A stretch of 41,570 nt of DNA from the NCBI GenBank assembly GCA_945949475.1, contig CAMFET010000001.1, positions 1 to 41,570 of the forward strand, given 5' to 3'. The number at the start of each line of letters is the position of its first letter. Position 1 is the first letter of the stretch. Below are positions 1-7,327 of the stretch, piece after piece. The position numbers and the translations under genes are program-made. The notes under the pieces were generated by a model. That model saw only the letters and a program-made list of their open reading frames with translations, made no database searches and was not told where the DNA came from. Source of the DNA: an uncultured Phascolarctobacterium sp. (GTDB taxonomy: Bacteria > Bacillota > Negativicutes > Acidaminococcales > Acidaminococcaceae).

Positions 1-2
1 CG

Positions 3-44
3 ACAACTGTTGCTGAGGTTGATGCTGTTACTCTCAACCTCTAA
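3..44 (+). CDS. 3' end of a truncated gene, possibly a DUF4376-like tail-fibre-associated protein
   Basis: Frame reads TTVAEVDAVTLNL-stop, resembling the 'A.TV.EV.AI' C-termini of tail-fibre assembly proteins. Only 13 residues are visible. Confidence 0.4.
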   Translation, partial: TTVAEVDAVTLNL

Positions 45-100
45 AACGGCTCAAACCCTTGCTGTGACGGCGTTTGGGGCACATCAGACCGATGCTGGCC

Positions 101-192
101 AACGTGTAACACGTTAGCAACATCAAATCCCTCGATGCAGCAAGGCTTAACAGCGCCAGCGCCTACCGGATAAGCAACACGTTAGCAACACA
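101..192. repeat. Direct repeat AACACGTTAGCAACA (108-122 and 176-190) plus palindrome AACGTGT-A-ACACGTT (101-115); candidate recombinase accessory/arm sites
   Basis: Exact 15-bp repeat read directly, immediately downstream of the tyrosine recombinase stop codon. Confidence 0.75.
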
Positions 193-194
193 GC

Positions 195-1241
195 CTATAT
201 CATATCAATAGCTTTTTTAAGCTCGTGCAGCGACTTGTGCGTGTATACGCCTTTGGTTATACCTTGACTGGCATGGCCTAAAATACGCTTGACGGCCGTC
301 TCATTAGCTCCGGCGTTGTCGAGCATCGTTGCGCACGTATGGCGGCACTCATGCGGCGTGTGATGGCAGCTTGTCGCGTCCATGACGTTGTCAAAACGCG
401 TCCTAAAGCGATGATAGGACAGAGCAGCGCCATCATCTACCGTGATGAGGGTTTTGCCAGGCTTATCCATCCACAGCTTAAAGTAGGGCAGCGCCTTGCG
501 GCTGATTGGTACAGCCCTGTTACGGCCAGCTTCGGTCTTGCTGTCGCGTATGATGTAATAGCGCTGCTTTAGCTTGACATCAGATTTGAGGACGGACAAA
601 AACTCGCTCGTCCTCGGTCCGCCATATATCATCATCACAACAGCCTGCGCCCAGCAGGACAACGGCTCATCGCTCTCCGCCAACTTTTTAACGCGGTTGA
701 GCTGACGTGTATTAAATGGCTTTTTTGGATATTTAGTCACCTTTTTGTCGATGTCGACAAAACGTGAGGCATCTGCTGTTGCCGGGATAATCTCGTATTT
801 GATGGCGTATGTGTAGAGGTTGTGCATGAGCTGCCTACATTTCTTCTGGCTGGCGTATCCGATGCCGGCAACACTCATATCATGGATGATGGTCTGCAGG
901 TCCTGCAGGCGCAGCTTAACAAATTTGACGGCGTGGACAGCCAGGCAATGTCGATATGCTGCATCGTAGTTAGCACGTGTGCTTTTGGCGATTTTAGGGT
1001 AATGCTCGGTAGACCAGAGCCGGAAGACTTCAGCAAACGTTATCTCGGAGGCGTTAAATAATGATGGATCTCGATTATACGCAACAAGGTATGCGAGCGC
1101 CGCCTCGTAGCTCTCGAAATATCCGACAGGCTTTTGCTTGCCGCCGATATACTTTTTAGCAACGTAGGGCTTGCGGCGGCGTTTGTCGCCATAATAACTG
1201 ATGCTGCCAAAGCCGTTTGGCAATTTTAATCGTTTTTGCAA
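195..1241 (-). CDS. Tyrosine recombinase (probable tail-fibre invertase rather than the integrase)
   Basis: Complete catalytic set: R (GPRTSE), K (SKT), HxxR (HECR), H (LGH), Y (VYTH). N-terminal KLPNGFGSI..RRRKPY motif. Start probably TTG 1241, 8 nt after AAGGAG (ORF track gives GTG 1250). Confidence 0.92.
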   Translation of the reverse strand: MQKRLKLPNGFGSISYYGDKRRRKPYVAKKYIGGKQKPVGYFESYEAALAYLVAYNRDPSLFNASEITFAEVFRLWSTEHYPKIAKSTRANYDAAYRHCLAVHAVKFVKLRLQDLQTIIHDMSVAGIGYASQKKCRQLMHNLYTYAIKYEIIPATADASRFVDIDKKVTKYPKKPFNTRQLNRVKKLAESDEPLSCWAQAVVMMIYGGPRTSEFLSVLKSDVKLKQRYYIIRDSKTEAGRNRAVPISRKALPYFKLWMDKPGKTLITVDDGAALSYHRFRTRFDNVMDATSCHHTPHECRHTCATMLDNAGANETAVKRILGHASQGITKGVYTHKSLHELKKAIDMI

Positions 1242-1251
1242 ATTAATCACT

Positions 1252-1281
1252 CCTTATAATATATTGCTTATTATTATAAGG
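1252..1281. promoter_or_regulatory. 10-bp inverted repeat CCTTATAATA-N10-TATTATAAGG in the divergent recombinase/holin spacer
   Basis: Seen directly. Each arm contains TATAAT, and the left arm overlaps the recombinase RBS. Confidence 0.5.
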
Positions 1282-1297
1282 GTACGGGAGGGACAGA

Positions 1298-1810
1298 ATG
1301 AATTACAAATTATTTTTCGATTCAGCGATAGCTGCAGGCAAAACCTTGTATACCGGCTGGAGCTATAAGGCAGCCGCAACCGCTATCATGGTACTGCTGC
1401 TGCATAAGCACGCAATTTTGTTTTACGCATTTAGCCTGCTGGTGTTTGTCGACTGTTTTACCAAGTGGGTTGCCATCAGCTATGCTTATCTCAAATCGCA
1501 GGGCGTGGCCGACCCAGGCTTTTTGAAATCCGTCATCGGCATCAAGCGCGCCCGCGAGGCCGGGGAAATCAAAAGCGAAGTTATGAAGCATCGTTTTTTG
1601 GGAAAGATTGCAGTATACCTTGTCTGTGTGATGGCCGCTGCTACAGCTGACCTTATCATGGTGGAACTGTCTAAACCGGCATGGGCTGTGAGTACAATCA
1701 TAGGTTATCTGACAGCCACCGAGCTGCTGAGCATCATAGAGAACCTTAACGCTGCTGGTGTAGAGGCTGTGCAAGGCTTGATTGATACCATTAAGAAAAA
1801 ACGTATCTAA
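1298..1810 (+). CDS. Holin (phage_holin_4_1-like)
   Basis: Several hydrophobic helices, a 'D..T.W' motif and 'TELLSIIENL..AGV'; lies upstream of the endolysin. Confidence 0.88.
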   Translation: MNYKLFFDSAIAAGKTLYTGWSYKAAATAIMVLLLHKHAILFYAFSLLVFVDCFTKWVAISYAYLKSQGVADPGFLKSVIGIKRAREAGEIKSEVMKHRFLGKIAVYLVCVMAAATADLIMVELSKPAWAVSTIIGYLTATELLSIIENLNAAGVEAVQGLIDTIKKKRI

Positions 1811-1857
1811 AAAATATACTTGCGGAAATCCGCCGAAAAATGTAAGTACAATTAAAA

Positions 1858-1896
1858 CGGCCAGTGAGCAGCTCAAATTTAGCTGTTCACTGGCCG
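1858..1896 (-). terminator. 16-bp stem hairpin between holin and endolysin; U-tract only on the minus strand
   Basis: CGGCCAGTGAGCAGCT-caaattt-AGCTGTTCACTGGCCG, preceded by AAAA on the + strand. Confidence 0.5.
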
Positions 1897-1915
1897 GAAA
1901 GGAGCTGATTAATTT

Positions 1916-2467
1916 ATGAGAGTATTTTTAAACCCCGGACATCATCCTGGCATTGACCCCGGCGCTGTCAATCGTGGCTATGGCGTTACCGAAGCTGATA
2001 TAGCGCGTGATGTAGGCGCGCTGGTAGGCAGCTATCTGACGGCCGCCGGCTGTGAGGTCAAGACCGTACAGAGCAACAATCTTGCCGGCGAGGACCCCGA
2101 TTATACTAACGTATGCCTCAGCGCCAACACCTGGCCGGCTGATATATTTGTCAGCCTGCACTGTAATGCTGCTGCTCCTGCAGCACAGGGCACTGAGGTG
2201 CTCGTGTATGACAAGTGGAGCACTGCTGATACGCTGGCAGGCTGCATCCTGCATCAAATCACTGGCAGCTTAGGCACAGTAGACAGAGGCGTCAAGGCTC
2301 GTCCCGGTCTCATCGTCCTTAACTCCACCCACATGCCTGCTGTCCTCGTCGAGATGGGATTTATTACCAACGATGCTGATTGCCGGATGCTGATTAACCA
2401 GCAGGACGAGCTGGCTCGTGCCATCGCACGCGGCATCACCGATTACATCACGGAGAGGGGAGAGTGA
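1916..2467 (+). CDS. Endolysin, N-acetylmuramoyl-L-alanine amidase (Amidase_3), catalytic domain only
   Basis: Motifs NPGH..DPGA, TEAD, FVSLHCNA and PAVLVEMGFITN; no cell-wall-binding domain. Confidence 0.95.
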   Translation: MRVFLNPGHHPGIDPGAVNRGYGVTEADIARDVGALVGSYLTAAGCEVKTVQSNNLAGEDPDYTNVCLSANTWPADIFVSLHCNAAAPAAQGTEVLVYDKWSTADTLAGCILHQITGSLGTVDRGVKARPGLIVLNSTHMPAVLVEMGFITNDADCRMLINQQDELARAIARGITDYITERGE

Positions 2468-2468
2468 C

Positions 2469-2864
2469 ATGCATGCCAAAGGACAGCGCGAGGTTAAGGT
2501 TATCGCTTATGCTCTCATTATCGCTGGCCTTATCTGTCTTGCCGGGCTATTGCTCAGCGGCGGATGCGGCCGTAGCGGCTCCCCGGCAGGAGATAATGGT
2601 GAGCGTGCCGCTCAGCAGGTTAACCGAGCTGCAGAGCTTAATCAACAGGCAGGAGCAGCAGTTAAATCGGCTGCAGGAGCTGTTGGGCGGGCAGAGCAGC
2701 ACGCTGACAGAGCAGAGCAGCTCAATCAGTCAGCTCAGGCAGGAGCTGCAGACTGCCAAAAGCTCGTTGAGCAAATCAGATCAGATAATCGACGAGCAAA
2801 ACAAATCATTGACGAGCTTATCAGCAACGCTCAAGCAGGAGCAGCGCAGGACGCGGCGCATTGA
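2469..2864 (+). CDS. Spanin-like predicted lipoprotein or membrane-anchored coiled coil
   Basis: ATG 2469; hydrophobic segment ending in a non-canonical lipobox LLLSGG-C, then an Ala/Gln-rich coiled coil; follows the endolysin. Confidence 0.62.
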   Translation: MHAKGQREVKVIAYALIIAGLICLAGLLLSGGCGRSGSPAGDNGERAAQQVNRAAELNQQAGAAVKSAAGAVGRAEQHADRAEQLNQSAQAGAADCQKLVEQIRSDNRRAKQIIDELISNAQAGAAQDAAH

Positions 2865-2928
2865 GCGTCAGCGCCTATTATGGCAGGCGGTTGCCGGCGG
2901 CGCTGTTGTGTACGCTTTAACCAAATAA
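2473..2928 (+). CDS. Spanin-like protein: signal peptide, coiled coil, C-terminal hydrophobic segment
   Basis: ATG 2473; N-terminal LSLMLSLSLALSVL, heptad-rich middle, C-terminal LLWQAVAGGAVVYAL; a terminator follows. Confidence 0.65.
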   Translation: MPKDSARLRLSLMLSLSLALSVLPGYCSAADAAVAAPRQEIMVSVPLSRLTELQSLINRQEQQLNRLQELLGGQSSTLTEQSSSISQLRQELQTAKSSLSKSDQIIDEQNKSLTSLSATLKQEQRRTRRIERQRLLWQAVAGGAVVYALTK

Positions 2929-2935
2929 TCAGATG

Positions 2936-2969
2936 TTACCCATGGGCTTCGGCTCGTGGGTAATTTTTT
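2936..2969 (+). terminator. Rho-independent terminator of the lysis cassette
   Basis: TTACCCATGGGC-TTCG-GCTCGTGGGTAA followed by a T-run. Confidence 0.88.
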
Positions 2970-2998
2970 ATAATTTTTTCGGGATTTTTCAAAATAAG

Positions 2999-3030
2999 TC
3001 ATTGACGTATAAGTCAATGAATGGTATAAT
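2999..3030 (+). promoter_or_regulatory. Near-consensus sigma70/sigmaA promoter with a palindromic operator over the -35
   Basis: TTGACG (3002-3007), 17 bp, TATAAT (3025-3030) with extended TG; perfect inverted repeat TCATTGAC-N6-GTCAATGA (2999-3020). Confidence 0.85.
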
Positions 3031-3101
3031 ATAATCAAGGTAAGGGTAAGACTTAAGATAAAGAAATAAAAACAAGCGTTAAAAATTAGGAGGAAAACAC
3101 C

Positions 3102-3302
3102 ATGAAAATTATCAACACTTCAAACAACAAGGTATTAGCTAACATCATCACCAACCACCGCATGAGCATCGAAGAAGCTCTTGAGCTTGTAGGATACGAT
3201 CTGAGCCAATGTGATGACGACGGCGCTTACATCGACGATGACGGCGAACAATTCTGGATTGAGGATTGCGAAGAAGTCGAAGATGAGGACGAAGAAGAAT
3301 AA
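3102..3302 (+). CDS. Small, highly acidic protein (possible DNA mimic/anti-defence protein)
   Basis: Strong RBS AGGAGG; C-terminal half dominated by Asp/Glu; first gene after the promoter. Confidence 0.75.
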   Translation: MKIINTSNNKVLANIITNHRMSIEEALELVGYDLSQCDDDGAYIDDDGEQFWIEDCEEVEDEDEEE

Positions 3303-3315
3303 AAAGGTGATTGAA

Positions 3316-3891
3316 ATGCCAGAGAAAGGAACATCAACGCTGAGAATGCGCGTGTGTCGGCAATGCGGAACTGAATTTACAGGCGGGCCACGCGCCTGGT
3401 ATTGTCCGGCCTGCAGGAGAGAACGCAAGCTTGAACATGATAGGCTTGCTAAGCAGCGTGAGCGCAGCGGCCGTAGCCGTCGCCTAGGCAGCACGAGTCA
3501 ATGTGAAATTTGCGGCAAGGACTACATAGTCAATTCCGCGAACCAGAGATACTGCCCTGACTGCGCTCCAGAACGGTACAAGGAAGTTGACCGGGAGCAG
3601 AGCCGCGGGTTGCTGCAGCGGGCGATTGATGCATATGGCGAAGAATATTTAGCGGGACACCTGAAGCGTAAGCGAGAAGCTTACCGGAGGGAAAATGAAA
3701 ATAAACGCATCTGCCCGATGTGTGGCGAAACCGTACCTTTTGGCGAAAAAAAGTTTTGCTCAGGCCAATGTAAAAACGCGGCAGAGCGGTACGCTTATAG
3801 CAAATACTCGTATAAGGTCGGCAGGAAAAAAACAGAACCGAATCTGGCGGATTATAAAAAAGGAGGGCGTTTATATGATAAAAAGAGCTGA
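3316..3891 (+). CDS. Multi-zinc-finger protein
   Basis: Three paired Cys modules (CRQC/CPAC, CEIC/CPDC, CPMC/CSGQC); start ATG 3316 after AAGGTGA. Confidence 0.78.
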   Translation: MPEKGTSTLRMRVCRQCGTEFTGGPRAWYCPACRRERKLEHDRLAKQRERSGRSRRLGSTSQCEICGKDYIVNSANQRYCPDCAPERYKEVDREQSRGLLQRAIDAYGEEYLAGHLKRKREAYRRENENKRICPMCGETVPFGEKKFCSGQCKNAAERYAYSKYSYKVGRKKTEPNLADYKKGGRLYDKKS

Positions 3892-4870
3892 TGTTATCAA
3901 AAAATACGCCGCTCTCCGGCGCACAATGCTTGAGTCTTACCAATCAGCTCCAGAAACATATAGTGAGGCTGCGGCGGCGATGGACAAGCTCCTAGACATT
4001 TGCCAAAAGCGTACTGACGCTGAGCTTGTAAAGCAGGCTATCTATTATCAAGATATAATCATTGATTGCGAGCGGCAGATGCCCTTGCCGTCGGAACCAG
4101 ACGGCCGCACTGCTGGAATTTACAAGGTGCATCGGTATACCATGCAGGAATACAACGAAGCACGCGACAATCTGCAAATTTTGTGCGGAAATAACGTAAA
4201 GGTTGGCGATGTATTTGGGGAGTGGACGGTACTTAGAAATCTGCCAGATAATATATATGTATTATGTCGGTGCAGCTGCGGGAAAGAACGTCCGGTAAGT
4301 AAATATACCCTGCTTACTGGGAAGAGCGTATCATGTGGGCATACCAGAGTAATTAATAACCTAAAACGGAGGAGAGCAGAATTTATCGGGAAGACGTTTA
4401 ATGAGTGGACAGTGCTTGATGTTTTCCCTGGACGGGAAGCACTTTGCCGGTGCAGCTGCGGCACTGTAAAAAAGATGTTTTTATCTACTGTTATATCCGG
4501 GCGTTCCAAGTCATGTGGATGCAAGCGGAACGCAGGACATGAGCAGGAGTCAGAACAAGCTATGGCTGCCGGGCGTGCTTATAAAGAAGCGTTTACCGCA
4601 GAGGGACTTAATGTAATGTATCTTGGCAAAAAAGTAAATAAAAACTCATCTACCGGAATAACCGGAGTTGGAATCTACCGCAACAAGAGGATCGGTGAGG
4701 AGCTGTATCGAGCCTACATTGTAGTCCAGCGTAAACAAATTGCGCTTGGGCTCTACCGCGATATAAATGATGCCATCGCCGCCAGAAAGGCAGCGGAAGA
4801 AAAATATTTTGAGCCGTTGCAAAAGCAAGTTGACGAGCTTAAGAAAAAGCTAAAACATAAGGAGGACTAA
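3875..4870 (+). CDS. AP2-domain DNA-binding protein with two Cys-rich repeats
   Basis: Two 'WTVL..CRCSCG..G.S.SCG' repeats; C-terminal NSSTGITGV..YRAYI..LG.Y....DAIAARKAAEEKYF is AP2-like; start ATG 3875 after AGGAGG. Confidence 0.82.
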   Translation: MIKRADVIKKYAALRRTMLESYQSAPETYSEAAAAMDKLLDICQKRTDAELVKQAIYYQDIIIDCERQMPLPSEPDGRTAGIYKVHRYTMQEYNEARDNLQILCGNNVKVGDVFGEWTVLRNLPDNIYVLCRCSCGKERPVSKYTLLTGKSVSCGHTRVINNLKRRRAEFIGKTFNEWTVLDVFPGREALCRCSCGTVKKMFLSTVISGRSKSCGCKRNAGHEQESEQAMAAGRAYKEAFTAEGLNVMYLGKKVNKNSSTGITGVGIYRNKRIGEELYRAYIVVQRKQIALGLYRDINDAIAARKAAEEKYFEPLQKQVDELKKKLKHKED

Positions 4871-4873
4871 AAA

Positions 4874-5062
4874 ATGACTGATAACATTAACCCTATTAAG
4901 GCGGCCCGAACAGCTGCTGGTTACACCCAGCAGCAGCTCAGCGACCTGCTGGATATCCCGCTGATGACGTTGAGTCAATGGGAAACAGGCAAACGCAATC
5001 CTCCGGCGTATGTTAAAAAAATGCTTTTCGCGATTCTGAAGCACCCGGAAATTTTAAAATAA
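4874..5062 (+). CDS. XRE-family HTH regulator (Aca-like position)
   Basis: IKAARTAAGYTQQQLSDLLDIPLMTLSQWETGKRNPP; last gene of the operon. Confidence 0.88.
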   Translation: MTDNINPIKAARTAAGYTQQQLSDLLDIPLMTLSQWETGKRNPPAYVKKMLFAILKHPEILK

Positions 5063-5067
5063 CGCAT

Positions 5068-5102
5068 AAAAAAAGAGGCTCTGCTGATAGCAGGGCCTCT
5101 TT
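5068..5102. terminator. Bidirectional terminator between the accessory operon and the integrase
   Basis: AAAGAGGCTCTGCT-gat-AGCAGGGCCTCTTT, with an A-run on the left. Confidence 0.8.
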
Positions 5103-5159
5103 GGCATGGGGGCGATGTGGGGATGTCACATCGCTTTTCGAAGTGATTTTATTATATAT

Positions 5160-7178
5160 CTAATTGTTTGAATTGTCAAGCCATTTGACAATATGTTCTA
5201 TTAATCTAGGCCATACCTTTTTGCCTTGTTTATATTTGTATAAATCTGCAATGTCAACGCCGATATTCTTAGCCAATTCTTTCCAAGACAAGCACTGCAT
5301 CACGCGCTGCTTGTCTAACCGCTGCAGCAGCGTTTCCTCTGGCATCTTATCGGCCTCGGTAAAAATATATGCCGGTATGTTGAGCGCCGCTGCGATCGCG
5401 GCGATGTTGGCGAGATTGGGGATGGATTTTCCGTGCTCGGCCGCTCCAATAGTGCAGGCCGTTACACCAGATAGCTCTGCCAGCCGCTTGATGGTAAGGC
5501 CTGCATTTATGCGGTTCTCGCGGATTTTATAGGCCAGCGTTCCCCGCTCCAATGCGGGCATGTTCCACCCACGTGCTTGCCTGTATGGGTCTAACATGGC
5601 CGTTTTAGCAGATAGTAGGGTAAAATTATAATCAATGCATACACGCACGGTCGGGATATCCCGTTCTGCGCCGGGCTGCAGCTCCGTGTGGACGATGATT
5701 TGCTTAACAAGCGTCCGGATGATGCCCTGCTTTGCGTCAAAGCTCAGCTCGCCGCCTGACTGCAGCTGCTGCCGGAAGCCGTCCAGGATATCGGCGATTT
5801 CTCTGACGCGCTTTTCCGCGTCCTCTTTGGTAACAATATTCTTGCTGTTCAGGCCCTCTAGCGTTTGCTGGAGGGTGTTTTGCTTTACAGTGATGTCTGA
5901 CAGCTGGCCATCAAGGTCGGCGGGCGTGATGATGCCCTGACGGCAAAGCCCGATGACGGTCTGACGCTCCTGATCCAGCTGCTTCAGCTGTGCGGTGATA
6001 GCTGCTATCTCTTTTTTGATGTCATCTGCAGACTGCTGAGGGTGGCAGTCTGCATCAACGGCGATGACGTCGGGCTGATGGATGTACTTTAAGCAGTCCT
6101 GCCAAACGAGGTCCTCAATCCATTCCCCTCGCAGCGTCTGACCTTTGCAGGGCTCAGGCGTAACGCCGCGGGTGTTTTTTGCGTTACACACGTAGTAGAT
6201 GCTGTTGCCCGCCTTACGTTTGTAATAGGTCCCGACGTAGGTATGACCGCAGATGCCGCAGCGGATGAGGCCGCGCAGCAGGTAGCTGCGGCGCTTGATA
6301 AATTTGGGCATAATGCTGTGCTGCTCAACGGCCGTCTGCGCTGCATTCCATGTCTCTTTGCTGACAATGGCCGGGACCTGCTGGGGTATAATGTTTTTAT
6401 TGCTGTTTTTGGACAGCCTGCCAAAACTACGCTCGCCATAATAGAGGGTGTTGTGGAGAATGTACAGGATTTTGCTCTGATGCCACTTGCCGCTCCCGGC
6501 AGCCACATTGCCACGGAGCGTATATTTATTGGGGACACCAAGGGCGTTGAGATGCTGCGCCAGACGCAACGCAGACCATCCCTCAATGGTCTTGCTGTAG
6601 AGCATGCGGATAACATCGGCCTCGCTGAGCTGCTGTCCCGGCATCGGCTCCTCACTGATGACAAGATAGCCGTCCTGCAGGCGATAACCAAACGGGGCAG
6701 GCCCTCCGCACCATTTGCCGAGGCGGGCATGACGGAGCGTGCCCTGATACATGCGGTCGAGGATGTTGGCGCGGTCCAGCTCGGCCACACCGGCAAACAT
6801 CGTCAACATAAAGCGCCCTGACGGGGTAGCAGTATCAAACGGCTCAGACATGGACTGTACTCCCACGCCATACTGGCTCAGCGCCTCTACGGCGTTAAGG
6901 ATGACGCGGGTGGACCTGCCTAAGCGGTCCATCTTGTAAAAAACTACAAGAGTAAACCGCTCATCGGCGGCGTCCTGCAGCAGGCGATGCCCCTCTGGGC
7001 GGTCCTGCAGTGGGATTGTGCCGGTGACGCCATCATCCTTATAAACATCATATATGTCAAGGCGATGTAGGTCAGCGTATTGCTGGGCAAACGTTATCTG
7101 ATTGTCGATCGTGCCGCGCTCTGCCTGCTCGTCAGATGATACGCGGCAGTAAACCGCGATTTTTGTATTTTTAAGCAT
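5160..7178 (-). CDS. int: Large serine integrase with an in-frame C-terminal extension carrying two XRE-like HTH domains
   Basis: YCRVSS catalytic Ser, DDGVTG, DRLGR, recombinase domain (PFGY), Zn ribbon (CGICG..YYVC..C) and coiled coil. After about aa 535: IRENRINAGLTIKRLAELSGV.. and LDKQRVMQCLSWKELAKNIGV.. Confidence 0.93.
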   Translation of the reverse strand: MLKNTKIAVYCRVSSDEQAERGTIDNQITFAQQYADLHRLDIYDVYKDDGVTGTIPLQDRPEGHRLLQDAADERFTLVVFYKMDRLGRSTRVILNAVEALSQYGVGVQSMSEPFDTATPSGRFMLTMFAGVAELDRANILDRMYQGTLRHARLGKWCGGPAPFGYRLQDGYLVISEEPMPGQQLSEADVIRMLYSKTIEGWSALRLAQHLNALGVPNKYTLRGNVAAGSGKWHQSKILYILHNTLYYGERSFGRLSKNSNKNIIPQQVPAIVSKETWNAAQTAVEQHSIMPKFIKRRSYLLRGLIRCGICGHTYVGTYYKRKAGNSIYYVCNAKNTRGVTPEPCKGQTLRGEWIEDLVWQDCLKYIHQPDVIAVDADCHPQQSADDIKKEIAAITAQLKQLDQERQTVIGLCRQGIITPADLDGQLSDITVKQNTLQQTLEGLNSKNIVTKEDAEKRVREIADILDGFRQQLQSGGELSFDAKQGIIRTLVKQIIVHTELQPGAERDIPTVRVCIDYNFTLLSAKTAMLDPYRQARGWNMPALERGTLAYKIRENRINAGLTIKRLAELSGVTACTIGAAEHGKSIPNLANIAAIAAALNIPAYIFTEADKMPEETLLQRLDKQRVMQCLSWKELAKNIGVDIADLYKYKQGKKVWPRLIEHIVKWLDNSNN
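5551..5606. other. Candidate attP inside the integrase ORF
   Basis: Imperfect dyad centred on TG 5578-5579: CATGTT/AACATG, ACCCA/TGGGT, CGG/CCG and AA/TT; size and spacing fit serine-integrase attP sites. Confidence 0.65.
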
Positions 7179-7184
7179 AAAAAA

Positions 7185-7307
7185 ATCAGCTCCTTGCTTT
7201 TAATGTGTTGCAAGAGCTGATATAATTAAGATGTCAGCCCTTGCAGTTGGATTTGTGGGTTGATCAGGCTGTTCCCCTGGTGTTGGTCGCACCGGGGGAA
7301 TTTTTTT
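7185..7307. ncRNA. Integrase leader with alternative hairpins and a candidate ~75-nt antisense RNA (+ strand, ~7232-7307)
   Basis: TGnTATAAT at 7218-7226 on +; terminator TTCCCCTGGTG..CACCGGGGGAA-T7 (7272-7307); three mutually complementary segments 7185-7197, 7209-7221, 7233-7245. Confidence 0.6.
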
Positions 7308-7327
7308 ATTTACTGGCTATTTGCCGG

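Noticed and set aside
195-1250. Tyrosine recombinase as the phage integrase
   Set aside because: It is far from cI/cro, whereas the serine integrase occupies the canonical lysogeny position and has an attP-like dyad. Not fully excluded.
3875-4870. HNH-AP2 homing endonuclease
   Set aside because: The Cys-rich repeats and AP2 domain are present, but I could not find an HNH catalytic motif.
6089-6821. Long alternative-frame and antisense ORFs (for example 6089-6796, 6243-6821, 27926-28657, 36484-37155)
   Set aside because: They shadow well-supported genes and lack an RBS or recognisable motifs.
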